The notes under the pieces were generated by a model that was given only the letters and a program-made list of their open reading frames with translations, was not told where the DNA came from and searched no databases. A stretch of DNA of 63,999 nt, counting the filler, from Basidioascus undulatus (lineage: Eukaryota): the NCBI GenBank assembly GCA_000826855.1. It is 5 parts of 5 records of this genome, joined end to end, with 100 filler letters (N's around TTAATTAATTAA, not from the genome) between each part and the next. Parts side by side here need not be neighbours in the genome. Positions count along the whole stretch, not along the records: positions 1 to 8,773 come from JTLS01001338.1; positions 8,874 to 17,576 come from JTLS01001339.1; 3 more parts are not named here. One strand, 5' to 3'. Positions within the stretch are counted from its first letter, which is position 1. Each line of letters starts with the position of its first letter. Of the stretch, positions 1 to 12,235 are shown piece by piece. A program made the position numbers and the translations under genes.

Positions 1-1260
1 TGAGGATAGCACTCTTCTGCTGAGAAGTAGCAAGTGTATGATCATCGGCGTCAAGAGAAAATAGAGACAATGAAGTGCCCCTTTTATCATGACTGAAAGA
101 ACAACAGTGTGGAGAGTTTTGTTTTGGAGAAGCTGTCAAGGGGAATGATGAGGGAAGTCACATGCAACCTGAATGAATGGTGAACGATGGACAGAGGGTA
201 AAGGGCGGAGTTAAGGCTAAGTGTCTTGAGCGCCAAACAAGGAAGAATTGGATGAAAAGAAAAGAGTGTGTATATAGATAAAGGATACTCCTGCATCATC
301 CTCCCATTCACTTGTCTCCTTAAGGAGGGCACCATCTTCTCCTTCGACACCCCAGCCTGAGCAGCATTTCAGGCCCTCAAGACCACATTCACGTCTGCCC
401 CCATCCTGCGCCACTTCGATCCTGCCCTAGAAACTGTCATTGAGTCTGACACTTCTGATTATGCCATCTCTGCCATACTCACCCAGGTCCACCCTGACAT
501 CCTCCTCCACCCTGTCACCTTCATGTCTCGCAAGATGTCGACACTGGAGTGCAACTATGAGATCCACGACAAGGGGCTTCTCACCATTGTCTCTGTGGTC
601 AAGCTCTGGTGGCACTACCTTGAGAACCTCACTAAGCCATTCCAGGTCCTTACTGACCACAAGAACCTCAAGTACTTCCAGACTGCCTGCATCCTCTCCC
701 ACCACCAAGCCCAGTGGTCTGAGGAAATCAACCACCACAAGTACTCCATTGTCTATCGTCCAGGTGTCAAGAATGGTAAAGTGGATGCCCTCACCCAGTG
801 TCGCGACTTTTCAGAGGGGGGAAAGGCCTCACATGTGCCTGCCCAGATCCTCCTCTGCCCCTTCTCCCTCTCTGCCATGCTCTTGGCTACCACCCTCTCT
901 CCTGCCTCTGACCTCGCTGAATGCATCCACTCCTCCCTCGATCATGACCCAGCCATCAAACACCTCCTCCCACTCCTCCTACATGATCCTGACCTCCCCC
1001 ATGATGCCAAAACAGCGACCACCCTCGAACCCTTCTCCCTCAAGGAGAACCTCCTCCAGCACAACAGCCTCATCTACATCCCGGATTCTGAACCCCTCAA
1101 GGTCGACATCCTATGCAAAACCCATGATGGGCTCACCACTGGACACTTTGGCCAAGCCAAGACCCTCGAGATCGTCTCCCATGATTTCTACTGGCCGCAG
1201 ATGCACACCTTCGTCAGTGACTATGTCCGCACCTGCGATGCATGCCAATGGGCCAAGCCC

Positions 1261-1846
1261 CTCATCTGGGTTGAGACCACTGGACAGTGAGAGGTAGTGA
1301 AGCGACAGGCAATTTGTGAAGATATACTCGTAGCTTGAGATGTGGGGATTGATTGATAACGAGCACAAGCATGGCAAGAGATGTCCATCATTGCCGTCAG
1401 GGGGTGCTGTGATGAGCGAATCCATCCAAGAGTCAGTCATGCTGAGGATGACGAGTTCCTCCAGCCCCGAAGCTTCTTCGAAGATGCAGTGCATGGCCTG
1501 ATCGTAAGCCTGCCTCATCCAACTGTTGATGTGCAATGAATTCAACCTCAGTGCAAATCAGCGCAAAGTTGACGCTGACCTCAATGCGATGGAGAAGAAG
1601 CTATCGATGAGTGCTTTCGTGCTGCCTAGCATACCAGGTGCTGCAGGTCCAGGATGGCGAGTAGCGAAGCATGAGATCTGAGATGCTGGTGGGCAGAGCG
1701 AAATATGTAGGCAGGCACCCTTGAAAGTCGGACTCGAGTATATGAAGGCAGGGGTGATGGGCGAGAGCATGACCATTCATCCAGTTGTCCCTGATCTGGG
1801 CCGGCAACATGAGAGTGCGACACGCTCGAGGTTTGGCAGCTGCCAA
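1261..1846 (-). pseudogene. Antisense LRR-like host gene fragment inserted in the integrase
   Basis: Minus strand reads QLPNLERVALS..*..LEELVILS..LPCLCSLSI..LSLHYLSL. Integrase homology stops at 1260 (CQWAKP) and resumes at ~1848 (DKPHGLLAPL). Confidence 0.5.
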
Positions 1847-3001
1847 ATGACAAGCCCCATGGTCTCCTGGCCCCACTCACGATCCCTCCTCATCCCTGGT
1901 CCTCCATCTCCATTGACCACATCATGGAGCTTCCCCTATCGAAGGGTCACAACACTATCCTCATCAACATTGACCGCCTCACCAAGCAAGTGCACTTCAT
2001 CCCTGCTAAAGACTCGGACACCTCCCATGATGTTGTTGTCCAGTTCATCTCCAACATCTGACTCCATGGCCTTCCACACGACATTGTCTCTGATTGCAGC
2101 TCGCACTTCACCTCCAAGTGGTGGACTGAAGTCGAACACCTCCTACACATCAAGCCCAACCTCTCAACCAGAATCTGACAGCCAGATGGAGAGGGTAAAC
2201 CAGGTCCTCGAGCAAGACCTCTGAATCTTCTGCAACTACCTCCAGGGTGACTGGTACGACCTCCTCCCTGTTGCTGAGTTTGCATACAACAACTCCTTCC
2301 ACTCCTCCATCAGCATGACCCCTTTCTTTACCAACCACAGCTACGACACTCACCTCAAAGTCTCCCTCTGAGAATCCAAGGTCCCTGCTGCCCACAAGCA
2401 TGTCTGACACCTCAAGGAGGTCCACAAAACTGCCGCAGCTGCCATCTCCAAGGCCTGGCCACCCACACACACTACACCAACTGGGATCATATGGCCATAC
2501 CTGAGGATGCCTTCAAGCCTGGTGCCCTGGTCTGGCTTCTCTGCTGTCACATCTGAACTGAACACCCCAGTGACAAGCTCAATGACAAACACCTTGGCCC
2601 CTTCACCATCATCAAGCCTATAGGCCACTCTGCATTCTGCCTCACCCTTCCCCCATCCATGTGCATCCACCCAGTCTTCCATGCATCACTCCTTGAACCC
2701 TACCATCCCAACATCCTAGCCTCCCGCTCTGCTCCCCTACTGCCCCCACCCATTGTTAATGCCGAAGGAGAAGAGGAATGAAGTGTCCCGCGTCCTCAAC
2801 TCCCGCCTCTTCCACCGGAAGCTACAATACTTGGTCGATTGAGCTGGCTATGGCCCTGAGTAGTGCAGCTGGGTCTCAGCTGATGACTTCGAGGATGACG
2901 ACTCCCTTGTGCTCGAGTTCCACCAGTCGCATCCTGATTGACCATCCCGGACTGCCTCCTAGCTCCGGGCTTAGAGAGCTCGCCCTTGAAGAGGGGGCTA
3001 C

Positions 3002-3240
3002 TGTCATGAATACCCCACCCAGTCCAACCCCTGACAACTGTCACCCTTGTCATTTCCCCATCTTTCCTCTCTGTTTGACGCTTTACCTTGTCTCCGCTCT
3101 TTGCCCTCCGCCTTTACCCTTCTTCCACCTTGAGGATCACATGCATAGTCATTCGCTTTGATCATGTTGTCCACTTCCCTGCAATCACACCCCCGGCGAG
3201 CTGTCTTCTGCCCAGCTCAACACTGACTGCGCCGGTCACA
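3002..3240 (+). repeat. Putative 3' LTR (~240 bp) preceded by a polypurine tract
   Basis: GAAGAGGGGG purine tract at ~2988-2997 followed by TGTCA at 3002; the segment ends in TCACA at 3240 (TG...CA termini). No second copy in the window to confirm. Confidence 0.6.
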
Positions 3241-3421
3241 CTGCAAGCCGATTCATCAAACGAGGCGAAAGGCCACACTCGTGAAATCGCAAGTGATAAT
3301 GTCTGTTATTCCTTGCGTGCATCACCCAATCCCAGTCCCAATAATCTCACCACACCAACTGTCTCCACTTCCGCCCCCTGCGCCTTTCCCGACAGCCCGC
3401 TCCACTCCACGCCGCGAAAGC

Positions 3422-4652
3422 TCAGTTGGTCTTCTTGGACCCGCCCTGGGCCGCGTTCTGCGAGTCCGCGAGATCGTCCAGAACGGCGTTGTTTGCCTTG
3501 CCTTGGCGGATGAGGTTGGCTGACACAGTTCAAGATTCAGCAGTGGTCTCCCTTCGAGCTTCATACCTGGAATGCAAAGGCTGCTCACCAATCTCGCGGT
3601 CCTTGGACTCCAGCCTAGACTTGAGAGTCGTGACGTCCTCGGACGCCGAGCCTCCCTTCTGCTCGCACGGAGAGAAGGTTGTGATCGGTAACATAGACAC
3701 TGGGAGCGAAGTAGCAGAGGGCTTGCCTTGACAGCCTGCAGCTCCTCCTGGGTCTGGATCAGGTCGAGGATGATCGAGAAGACTCGAGACAGAATCCTGC
3801 AGAGGCAGTCAGCACGGATGTCGCCGAAGCTTTTGATCAGCGATCGAGGGATTCTTACAAGCTCAAGAAGAGCGTGAAGCCTACAAGGGATGTTTTAGTC
3901 GGGTAACAGCGATGCGCGCGGCGCGGGCGACGCACCAGTAAGATAGACGTTGCGCTGGGCGTAGAATCTACAAGTCAAGAAGGAATCAATATCAAGTCCA
4001 TGAGTGAAGTATAGGTCAGCGACTCACTTCCGCGCCGCGAAGGTAGTTTCAGACCGAACGTCCTGGACGGCCTGGCCGGACTTGGCGGCCTGCCCCTCCT
4101 GCACCACCCGGAGCATGCTGTTCCGGAAATGGGCTCAGCGGACAGCCGGGAATGTATTAGAATGATTTGCTGGAGGCTCACCGTTGAACCGCATCGAAGA
4201 ACAAGATCCCAGTGAATATGAGGGATATTTTGAGCGAGTACTGCAGCGTGCGACGCGGTCCTTCAGCCCCACCCCAGCTGCCGCCAAGCGGAAGAGACGC
4301 GTACCTGGAGCTTGGCAACGTATGGGTTCGTTGCGAGGAACTTCATGAACTTCTGCTTGACCGTGAAGGGCATGGGGGCGACAAGGACGAGGAACGTCCC
4401 GATCCTGAAGAGAGATGGGAGTGGACGTCAGCGTCGCGGACCTCGGCGAGCGATTGCGGGGGAGGACTGACTCGAAGGTGAGAAGGGCGAAACTGAGAGG
4501 AAGAGAAGGTTCAGCATGTTCATGAAGAGTGAGCAGGAAGGCTTGGTGGCTCACACGAGGCTGTAGTAGAGCTGAGCGGGATGGGATGGGATCGGAATGT
4601 CAGCGTCGATCTTGGTACCAAGATCCGGCATGGACGAGGTACACACCGTCAT
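3422..4652 (-). CDS. BAP31: BAP31/YET-family ER membrane protein (multi-exon)
   Basis: Spliced exons give MTLYYSLVFALLTFE..MPFTVKQKFMKFL..FYAQRNVYLTG and a C-terminal KKTN* dilysine ER-retrieval motif. Confidence 0.9.
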
Positions 4653-4968
4653 GGCTGCAAGTGTCGGTAATGGAAGTGAGGTTCAAAGAGAAGGATTTGA
4701 TCCAGGATCTGAGTGTGTTGAAGGCAAACAAGCGAAGTGATGGACGTGGAGCGAGGGCAAGAGCTGCGCGCGAGCGAACGAAGCTGTGGACGTGGACGTC
4801 ATTTGGTAGGTTGCATAGTAGCGTATTTGTAGTAGACTTGACTATCACGCTTGCGTATTCGCGACTTGAACGCGAGCGCTCGCTTCGGCGCTGGTCTTCT
4901 CTCAACACTCAACCTCTGCCCGCCACCGCGCTACCACACGCCCCTTCTTTTCCGCTTTTAGTCACAAA

Positions 4969-7586
4969 ATGTCACCGATACCGGTCAGCATCAAACACGC
5001 CGGAAACAAGCACGACCTCGCCCTCGATCCGGACCAGGATGCCGCCGCCTTCAAGGCACAGATTTATTCCGTAACTGGCGTCGCTCCGGATCGGTCCGTC
5101 CCCTCTCCAAATGCGCGTTCCTGGTAGGTGGCAGGCCATTGCTCACATGGATGCGGGGCGGCAGGATGAAGGTCATGATCAAGGGTGGAATGCTCAAGGA
5201 TGACGCCGACATGGCCAAGCTCGCCGGGTCCATCAAGCCGGTTGAGTCGCCCCTCGCCAGGCGTGATTGAGCTAGCCCCAGGAGCTAACCTGAGGGATCA
5301 CCCGCAGGGTCACACTTTCATGGTGCGCGGATGTGCGTTGGGAGGGCGAGAGGTCTGCATGCTGATCGAGACGGGAACCATCAGGTCCTGGGCACGGCTG
5401 GAGGTGAGCCTTCCCTTTGTCACGAGCGGTGGCGATGCGCTTGCTGACACGCCAGCTGTTCAGAACTGCCCAAGGCTCCGGAGAAGCCCGTAGTGTTTAT
5501 GGAGGACATGGACGAGTCCGAACTCGCCGATGCTGTGCGTTGCGGCTTATTCACCTACGCTCGGGAGCGTCTGGCTGACGCCCACCGCAGCTGCGCGTCC
5601 CCGCCGGCCTGGTCAACCTCGGAAATACCTGCTACCTGAACAGCTCTCTGGTCAGTGCTCTATGTAGTTTGTGCTGAGTTGTCCATTGCTGATGTACCAG
5701 CCTACATGACGTACCCGCCTACAGCAAGTGCTGCGTGCGATCCCGGAGCTGCAGACGGCGCTGAATGACGGGTAAGTGTCATGTTGCAGACATAGGGTCG
5801 AGGCGTTTCTAAGGTGTTTGAGCGGGCGCCAGGCCGGCGAATACGACCGCTGGCGGGAGCGATTTGACCAAGGCGATGAAGCAGCTCTACACGTCTATGG
5901 CCAAGACGACCGAGGGTTTCCCTCCGTACCTGTTCCTCCAGGTGCGTTCGAGTCCCTCCCGCTCGGGCGTGGCAGCGCTGGACTGACACAGCATCTCGGG
6001 TTGGCAGGCTCTGCGGCAAGCGTACCCCACATTCGCTGAGTGAGTTGTTCTCGTCATCTTCGGCTTGTGTGCTGCCGGCTAACCGCGGTGGGAACGCGCG
6101 CTCAGGAAGGACCGGACTGGCAACTACGCGCAGCAGGACGCCGAGGAGGCGTGGGGCTCGATCCTGACGTCTCTCCACCGATCAGTCGGATCGTCAACGG
6201 ACAACCGATTCGTAGAGCAGTACATGCGGGGGACTTTTGTGAAGGAGTGAGTCGATTTCCATTGCGCTGCTGCCTCAGCGGATATTGTTGGTTCCCGCTA
6301 ACCGTCCTCTTCCCCCGTGAAGGCTGAAGAACGACGAGTCGCCCGATGAGCCGGCGACGCAAAAGACGGAAAACTTCCTCAAGATCGACTGCGTGAGCTG
6401 CGCATATTCGCATTCCTGACGCAGCAGGTTGCTGATTGGGTGATGCTGGTTGATCAGAACATCTCGGTCAACACCAACTACTTACACAGCGGCCTCAAGG
6501 ACGGGCTGGACCAAAAGATCGAGAAGCACAGCGCGACGCTGGGCAGGAACGCTATCTACAGCGAGCAGGCGCGGATCGCTCGTCTGCCTTCGTACTTGAC
6601 TGTCCAGTGCGTGCCGTGTTGTTATCCTCTAGGCGCGGACGTGAGGGTGCTGACGACGGCGTGGAAACAGCCTCGTGCGCTTCTACTGGCGCGCGCAGAT
6701 CAACAAGAAGGCCAAGATCATGCGCAAGGTCAAGTTCCCGTTCGAGCTGGACGTGCTCGACTTTGTCACGGACGAGCTCAATGAGAAGCTGCTACCGGTC
6801 AACCGGAAGCTGAAGGCGGTGCAGAAGGACCGGGAGGAGGTGCGTTAATTATCTCGGGACGCTTATCGCATCCCCAAGCTGACATGATGGAGGTGGTCAG
6901 CGCCGTCGCATCCGCAAGCGCATGAAGAACACGCAAGAGGCGGTGGCCAAGGCCGAGTCGTCGGGCGACAAGATGCAGATAGACGAGGCCAACACGGCTG
7001 CGGCTGCGGCCGTCGCGCCGCTCGAGGGCGGCGAGCTCGGGGACGAGACGGTGCTGCGCGAGCAGGAGCAGAAGGAGCTCGAGGCACTCGTGCACCCGGA
7101 CTTGGCCAAGGACGTCGGTGCTAACACGAGCGGGCTGTACGAGCTCATTGGTGAGTCGCTGCTGCGTGCTCTGGTGCGAGCGAGCGGAAGATGTGGGACT
7201 GATCGAGCGTCGCTCATCACCAGGCCTCGTCACGCACAAGGGCGCGCATGCCGACGGCGGACACTACATCAGCTGGGTGCGCGCGGACGTGCATGACCCC
7301 AAGGCGGAGCCTGACCAGTGGTTCAAATTTGACGGTGCGTCTCACGCTGGGGTCACGGCGCTACATTGGGACAGAATGCTAATGTTATGATGCGTACGTG
7401 GACTGCAGACGACAAGGTGTCGACCGTCTCGCAGGACAAGATCGCCCTGCTCGACGGCGGTGGCGAGGACTGTGAGTGCCCCCGGAGCTGAGGACAATTT
7501 GTCGGGAGGCCTGGAAGCTGATTCTTCGCTCTTCGTTTCCCAAAGCGTCGGCCTACATCCTACTGTACCGCAGTAGCCGCATCTGA
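4969..7586 (+). CDS. UBP6: Proteasome-associated ubiquitin C-terminal hydrolase Ubp6/USP14 (multi-exon)
   Basis: N-terminal UBL (KVMIKGGMLKDD), Cys box GLVNLGNTCYLNS, QQDAEE, KIMRKVKFPFELD, His box THKGAHADGGHY, ending SAYILLYRSSRI*. Confidence 0.95.
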
Positions 7587-8266
7587 TGAGATGGATGGGC
7601 GGACGGAAGGAGATGTGACTGATGAGCATCATGCATCAATGCATGGTATTTTGGCCTCTGCCTGTGACTGGCCGTGAAAAGCAACCATGGTGATGGAGAC
7701 AAGGTTTAGCGCATTCTGTCAACGAAGCGGAGAGCCCCTGTTGGTGAGCCCCGACATCGAATCTGTGCACGGCGTCGGGGGGACCCTCTTTAGGGAGTGT
7801 GCTTGTATTGATGCTTGTGCGCCCGTGAGGGCCCTCTAGAAAAAATATAGAGTGTTGTATTGAAGATCGCTGTTGCTGCGTTTACACAAGAAAGTTGAGG
7901 GGAAAGTGGACTGCAACCCCACGTGTCTGGCAATCGCCGCCCCCTCCGCTGGTGTCTCCGCTTTCCGTCCTGTTCTCATCTCGCCCTCGCCCGCGTGGCT
8001 CATCAACTCAACTCGCCCACGCCGCTATCGCCCGCCTGTCCCGCCCCCGTCGCCCAAGACCCGCAGCCTGGTCCTGTTCCTTCGGGTGCCCTCCCCTCTG
8101 CGCGTTCCTTTTCGACCGACCACGACCATCCCACCGCCGGGCACGCCCACGCCGCCGCCGCCGCCGCCAGTCTACAGCGCCCCCCGCCCGTTGTTCCGCT
8201 GCAGCAGTGGCCTCGACGCTCGTGTGGGCGTCTGCAGCTCTGTGTGCTCGTTAGCGCCGGCCGTCG

Positions 8267-8773
8267 ATGGCGTACTATCCGTCCTCGGCCTCGTCCACAA
8301 GCCGCTCGCACCACTCCCAGTCCGCCTCCATCTCCGCGCCCTCCACGGAGGCCACCTCGCCGTGCTCGTCCAGCCTCGAGCAGTTCCCCGACGACGCCGC
8401 CCCCGCTGTGCAGCGCCGCACGCTCCTCCATCTCGCCTCCAGCGCGACCGTCCGCCAGAAGGCGGCGGAGGCAGACGACGTCGCCGTGGCGGCCGATGGC
8501 AGCTTCGTCGAGGTCGCGGACGCGCTCATCGCCCGCCGCGTCAAGAAGCTGTATGACGCCCATCTCGGCGCGGGCACCAAGGGCGTGGACGGCGCGCCCG
8601 TCGGGAGCCAGCTGGTGATCCAGATTCGGGAGATAAAGAACGGGAGGAAGGTCTATCGCATCAGGTGAGTCGCACCTTGAGCCAAGCCCTCCTCTTCGCT
8701 GCATGTCCGCCCAGGTCTACCGGAGGCGCGTGGGGGCTGCGATTACTGATGGTCTCCTTCAAACGATCTCCCC
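8267..8773 (+). CDS. Hypothetical protein, 5' part only (truncated by contig end)
   Basis: GC3-rich 133-codon frame (MAYYPSS..VAVAADGSFVEV..) ending at a GTGAGT donor at ~8665; the contig ends at 8773. Confidence 0.55.
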
Positions 8774-8873
8774 NNNNNNNNNNNNNNNNNNNNNNNNNNN
8801 NNNNNNNNNNNNNNNNNTTAATTAATTAANNNNNNNNNNNNNNNNNNNNNNNNNNNNNNNNNNNNNNNNNNNN
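8774..8873. other. Artificial contig linker (N run with TTAATTAATTAA)
   Basis: 100-bp N run with a six-frame stop spacer. Confidence 0.98.
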
Positions 8874-10031
8874 GTGAGGGGGCGGGATGCGGTTGGGAAC
8901 GTGGCATATGGCACAGATACGGTGGGGGAGGACGCCCAGGCTCGCGCATTGTCTTCCCATGTGGTCCAACGCTCGATCCGGTCGTCGTCCTCCCGCATGG
9001 ACATGGTCACCTCGAATTGGCCGTCGCTGTAGCTCATCGACCAAGGTCGAGGGGTGTGAAAGGCAGCGATCGATGGGAGGTAAGTCCGAGGATGAATGTG
9101 GTTCGATTTTGATGTTGGTGAATTTGATCGAAGAGCGAAAGATGAGTCCGGGAGGTGAGGGAGCGAGAGCGAGATGGGAGGCGGAGGACAAGAAAGCAAA
9201 AACCGACGCACTGACTTTTCAGCTTTTCGTTGCCAGTGTGTGAGGCCTTCGTTGCGGAGATGTCGACTGACTCCTTTCCGCAGGCCTCTTTTTGTCGGCT
9301 GTATGTCAAAATAGCTTCTAAATAAAATCATGGACAATGTTTTCGATGGGCCCTTGCTCAGTCACGCCCGAAGAAGTTTGAGATGGCAGCGCAGTGAGCC
9401 CGACGAGGGAGCGGCTTTCCTATGCAGCAGTCGGACACTCCTTAGTAAGTACTGGCTACACACTGAGCACCCTTGAGGAAATTTTAATCTTTATGGACAG
9501 ATTTATATAGACCGTCTGATTATCGCCAAGTCGAATGTACTGTTTCCAGGAGCCATTGCCAAGCCATAGCCAGATTCGCAAACATTGCAGGATATCCTCG
9601 GGCAGGCGTTTACTGCAGAGTGGCGGAAAATCAACCCTATTTTTAGAAAGTTTGATCACTGAAAACGCCTCTATAGACGAGTACACTCCCAGATCGTCTT
9701 TCGGTACAACATATGGTCTCTGAGTCTTGTTCGCGGTCATGCATCAAGTGCGAAGTTCGAAACAACTTCAATGAATGTCCGGGACACCTCCCGTCCCTTT
9801 ACTGCCATTGTGGTGTAGTCGAATATTCTTCTCTTTTATATAAGAAGGTTGGACTAGTTGCAGCTGGCCTGGGTAAGCGGTCGAGGGGTTGTAGGGCTTT
9901 CGCCGAACACGCACACATGCATCTTGTCATCTGAATTCAACGCTCAAAGTTCAACGGCTTTTCCGACATGACTGTTGGATGACCGTCTGCTACCATGCAC
10001 GACGATAGGTAACCCTCCTCTGTCACCCGCT

Positions 10032-11991
10032 TCAACGCAGCCCCGCCCTCGCCCCACCCGCTCGAGAATCCAGCGTCCGGTTCGCTCCGGCGCTCTCAGC
10101 GCTGGCATAGCAGAGACTCTCGAGGTGCTGATTGCGTACAAACGCGTCGCCCGCGGCGGGGTTGAGGCTCCATCGGCACACGCGCCGACCCGCGTACTTG
10201 GCGCGGCTCGCCTCCGCCTCGGAAGGATGTGCTCGCAACCAGTCATGGCGGGAGATGGTGTACTCGTGCTGGACAACAGCACCGTCATCGTTATGCATCC
10301 CCATTTGAACGGCCCGGTTGAAAGAGAGCGAGAGTTTCTCGGCGAGGCGCAGGGAGGTCGGCCACAGTCCGGTTCGAGGTCGCGACGAGATACTCAATGT
10401 TTGGCAAAGACGAAGGAAACGCTGGCGAGGTCGGCTTGCATTCTGCTCTCGTATCGGGTTATGATGTAGCTGTTGACGCCGAGGGAGAAGGCAAAGGAAA
10501 TCACAGCCTACGAGCGCGGTCGCGGCAGCCCCCGCTTCAGTGCATGGCCGAGTCGCAGAAGCAGTGAAGTGTAATGCGTACCTTTACTGCCTCGGTCATA
10601 ATACCGCGGTTCCAGTAGCGAGGATGGAGCTCGTAGAACCTGCAATCCCTCGCACCCCATCAGCTCCGCCTGCGACGCCAAGCAAGTACAGCAACGCACA
10701 GGCGCGCGTCGACTTCATCCATGTCATCAGCACTCGGGTGAATCAGCTCCTCTCCTTTCTGCAGCCTTCCCGTATGGAGTCCCTTGATGCACAGCCGCTC
10801 GCCAAAGGTACTCCGCCCGTTCCGCTCCAGCTCGAAGGCGACGTTCCCAACTGGATAATTCGGCAGCGAATGTCCTCCAGGATTAGGGTCGAGACGGATC
10901 AAGCGGGTAACAGAGAAGACACGCGTGCTCGTAACCATCTGGAGTGAACGGCTCGTAACCATCTGGAGTGAACGGCGGGTTTCGGTGAGATGCCGTTAAC
11001 TGAGAGGTTGGGCTGGAGCTCGGAAGGAGTGCGCGGCTCGGTCGCGAAGACGTAGCGCTTGCGATAACCGTTGGGTCTGAGACCATGTCTCGTACCATGA
11101 GCATGTTATCTGCAGGTCTGGGTTAGCTCGTTCGTGGGTATGGCGGGAACAGGACGCCATACCACGGATGTAACCCCCTGCGACGATGTAATTCTGGGCA
11201 TCAGCGAGCTTGAAAGCTGGAAATGAACAGGCAAGCATAACCACGCAGCACTTACATGCGAAGCCGTGTAGCGTCTCTCTGATGGTCTCCGGAGGGTCGT
11301 ATCACTGGTACTTAACAACGGCGGGCTCCGTTTTGATTTGATGAATCCGCTTCAGATCGCTGAGCTTGACGGAGCGGATGACAAAACAGAACAAAGAACG
11401 TTGTCAGAGAACGCCGGCAACAGGCAATGGAATATGATGAGCAGGTCGAGACTCACTCAAGCGCTGCGTCTCCAGCTGAATCTTGCAGTCCTTCGTATAG
11501 AACTCGGCGAGCTCTTCCTCGGTCATTTTCTGCGGGATCCCCTCTTCAGTATTAGCGTCTCTCGACATGGACTATGTCGAGCGCTCGACGGTCGGAGAAG
11601 ACGCACGAAGTTGGGCACCTCCATCGGCGCGTCCATCGTTAACCTGCCCGCAGCTCTTCCGTCACCCGCGCGCCCTCCTTCTCTGCCTTAGCCTTTGCGG
11701 CCTGCTTGCGTTTATAAGCCGCCTTGTTCTTGGCTGTCGCCGAAGAGGCCGGTGCGTGCGCCGCCGGCTCGGACGCGCATTCGCCGGCGTCTGCGTCGGC
11801 ATGAGTGACGAGAACACGTGAACAGGCCCGACTACGGGTTTGGCTGCGTAGACGGCAGGGCGAAGGATCTTCGAGAGGAGCGGAGCTTTGAGATGGAGCC
11901 TCCAGCGATACTTGGCCTGGCGCAGGCGATCGAGCGTCGCGTTGAACTGCGCCGCCATCTCCATGACCCGAGGACCTTCGGTTTCTTCCAT
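10032..11991 (-). pseudogene. RimJ/RimL-type GNAT acetyltransferase, probably pseudogenised
   Basis: Exon pieces KIQLETQRL, IRSVKLSDLKRIHQIKTEPAVVKYQ*YD (in-frame TGA at 11304-11302), FYELHPRYWNRGIMTEAVK, AVISFAF, SLRLAEKL. Frames do not join cleanly in the 3' half. Confidence 0.65.
10927..10976. repeat. Perfect 24-bp tandem duplication
   Basis: GCTCGTAACCATCTGGAGTGAACG occurs twice in tandem. Confidence 0.95.
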
Positions 11992-12235
11992 TATTCAGTA
12001 TGGTGCTTTGAGGCGAATACGATAGTAGCGGAACAAGACGGTAGTGGAACAAGAGTGCGACGGCGGGAGATTGCCCGGTCATGCGAGAATTCCCAGGCGC
12101 GTCCATGGCGCGTCCGGCCCATTTGACACGTCCTGCTCCCTTGGCTTTCTGCCATGACCATCAGAATATTATCGTTGTCCACCCACTCGTCCGAAACTCA
12201 CTATGACCAGGAATATTGTCGGTCAAAACCATACC

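Larger units (their letters stand above)
282..3240 (+). mobile_element. Degenerate Ty3/Gypsy (chromovirus-type) LTR retrotransposon, 3' part: RT C-terminus/RNase H, integrase, chromodomain, PPT, 3' LTR
   Basis: Translates to TFTSAPILRHFDP..VIESDTSDYAISAIL, NYEIHDKGLLTIV..WWHYLE..VLTDHKNLKYF, integrase Zn finger HDGLTTGHFGQAKT..CDAC, core PWSSISIDHIMELP..IDRLTKQVHFIP, and chromodomain-like VLNSRLFHRKLQYLVD*AGYGPE. Many stops and frameshifts. Confidence 0.93.

Noticed and set aside
1..281. Possible 5' LTR or second element at the window start
   Set aside because: No visible similarity to the putative 3' LTR and no coding motif; cannot be assigned.
8774..8873. TTAATTAATTAA flanked by N runs, repeated four times in the window
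   Set aside because: Artificial contig spacer with stops in all six frames; not biological.
8874..9940. Short minus-strand ORF (MSYSDGQFEV..) running into the gap, and nearby low-GC ORFs
   Set aside because: Too short and without recognisable motifs; may be a gene start but is unsupported.
10927..10976. Direct repeats as a possible CRISPR-like array (also 38588, 49031, ~58425)
   Set aside because: Only two abutting units each with no spacers; simple slippage duplications in eukaryotic DNA.
11302..11304. In-frame TGA as selenocysteine or programmed readthrough
   Set aside because: The position is not a Cys site, other lesions accompany it, and no SECIS-like evidence was seen; pseudogenisation is simpler.
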